Positions 8,412 through 9,883 of a stretch of DNA of 9,883 nt are shown here, in pieces. The position numbers and the translations under genes were made by a program. The notes beneath the pieces are model-generated. The model did no database searches. It saw nothing but the letters and a program-made list of their open reading frames with translations, and was not told the DNA's origin. The stretch is taken from positions 1 through 9,883 of the forward strand of contig NW_021827794.1 of NCBI RefSeq assembly GCF_006345805.1, given 5' to 3'. Within the stretch, counting starts at the first letter, position 1, and the number at the start of each line of letters is the position of its first letter. The stretch is from Octopus sinensis. Taxonomy: Eukaryota.

Positions 8412-8774
8412 TATTTTTTTACTACCCACAAGGGGCTAAACATAAAGGGGACAAACAAGGACAGACAAAGGGATTAAGTCGATTCCATCGACCCCAGTGC
8501 GTAACTGGTACTTAATTTATCGACCCCGAAAGGATGAAAGGCAAACTCAACCTCGGCGGAATTTGAACTCAGAACGTAACGGCAGACGAAATACCTATTT
8601 CTTTATTACCCACAAGGGGCTAAACACAGAGGGGACAAACAAGGACAGACATAGGCGAAAGGATGAAAGGCAAAGTCAACCTCGGCGGAATTTGAACTCA
8701 GAACGTAACGGCAGACGAAATACGGCTACGCATTTCGCCCGGCGTGCTACTGTTTCTGCCAGCTCGCCACCTTC
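8412..8774 (-). mobile_element. Tandem dimer of the same tRNA-derived SINE: 8412-8595 (184 bp, lacks A-box) and 8596-8774 (complete head, ~55-bp internal deletion)
   Basis: Near-identical to units B and C at 2296-2714. ATATATAAATATA flanks the dimer at 8399-8411 and 8775-8787 (13-bp TSD). Confidence 0.92.
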
Positions 8775-8799
8775 ATATATAAATATAGCATGTATAGGC

Positions 8800-8865
8800 A
8801 CATACACACAGGCAAACACACACATGCACACGCACATGAAAACAAATGCACATATGCACACACAT
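8800..8865. repeat. Degenerate (CA)n-rich tract
   Basis: Read directly. Confidence 0.8.
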
Positions 8866-9046
8866 AAACGGCGTGCAGAACATCATCTGATGTGATCGCA
8901 AAGCTTGCTGAAACTCGATCGCGATGTAATACCCTAAGAACTTACCTTATATACAGAAATACATATATAGATATATATATATATATATTGCATGTTCCTC
9001 AAAATTGGCCTCATTCCAAAATTTGAAATCATTCTGTGTGCATAAA

Positions 9047-9167
9047 TACACACACACACACACACACACACATAAACATATACTTATATATGGTTGCTTA
9101 TACTCACGTCAATACGCATATGAGTGAATGCGTCTAAACATATTTTTATATATACGTACATATAAAC

Positions 9168-9219
<52 letters not shown>

Positions 9220-9450
9220 CATGCACATATATATATATATACACATATACATACATATATATACATACATACACACACATATACACATACATATATGTAC
9301 ATACATATATACAAGTATATACACCTAATCATACATATACACACATGCACACGCTCACATACATAATCTCAGACACACACACACACACACAGACAAACAC
9401 CCACACGCATATACACATACATACGGTTATACACATTATACACATGCCCA
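9047..9450. repeat. Long compound (CA)/(TA)/(TACA)n microsatellite region
   Basis: Read directly; it accounts for ORFs 9084..9350 and 9109..9324. Confidence 0.93.
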
Positions 9451-9883
9451 ATATCTCAAGTGATTCCTATCGCCTAAAATTTATGTATAATTCTTGACAA
9501 ACAACTTTAATGTCGTGGCGGATGATTTTTTACGATATATCATATATCTACCCGATAGAGGACAGTGTCTATAGATCAATGTTTGCTGCTACACATATTA
9601 CTGCGTGTATGAGGCGTGTGTTATTACAAAATACCCTCGAAGTGTACGCTTGTGTTGCGTTCAGATTGTAGGCGATCTAGAGAACTTGCTGAACATATTT
9701 GGCAATTTATTCTCTTCCTTTTCTTTTGTATAAAAATTTACATTTAGTTTAGATATATGAGTTTGTATCTTTCGCCGGTCTGAACTGAGATTATAACGCT
9801 ATGACACACTGTAGATAAGTGGCAGGGAAATCGTTGGTCAGATAATGTTTATAGTTTTAATTGCTTTCAAAATCATCGATGGA

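Noticed and set aside
2096-8774. All SINEs and the CR1-group LINE lie on the minus strand, hinting at an intron of a + strand gene
   Set aside because: Only about six independent insertions, some clustered, and the R4-like pieces are on +. Too weak to infer a host gene.
8497-8895. 132-aa ORF with an internal repeat (RKDERQ.QPRRNLNSERNGRRNT x2)
   Set aside because: Antisense reading of the SINE dimer running into a CA repeat; the peptide repeat just reflects the two units.

Overview
AT-rich, non-coding eukaryotic DNA made almost entirely of decayed mobile elements and microsatellites. No intact host gene was found, and every ORF in the supplied track is either a microsatellite artefact or a transposon remnant. 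The SINE families match ones I recall from octopus genomes (from memory, not a database search). In order, the window holds: three stacked + strand fragments of R4/Dong-like non-LTR retrotransposons separated by AAT-type tails (2-820); an unclassified hairpin element between TA repeats; a 113-bp tandem repeat interrupted by a tRNA-derived SINE trimer with an 11-bp target-site duplication (TSD); a second tRNA-SINE family; a 5'-truncated CR1-group LINE 3' end; a mariner deletion derivative; two more SINE remnants; and a SINE dimer with a 13-bp TSD. The most interesting signals are the SINE multimers, which share a base-exact junction and 184-bp period at two loci 6 kb apart, and the head-to-tail stack of R4/Dong-like pieces. 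I see no evidence of a new protein-coding system.
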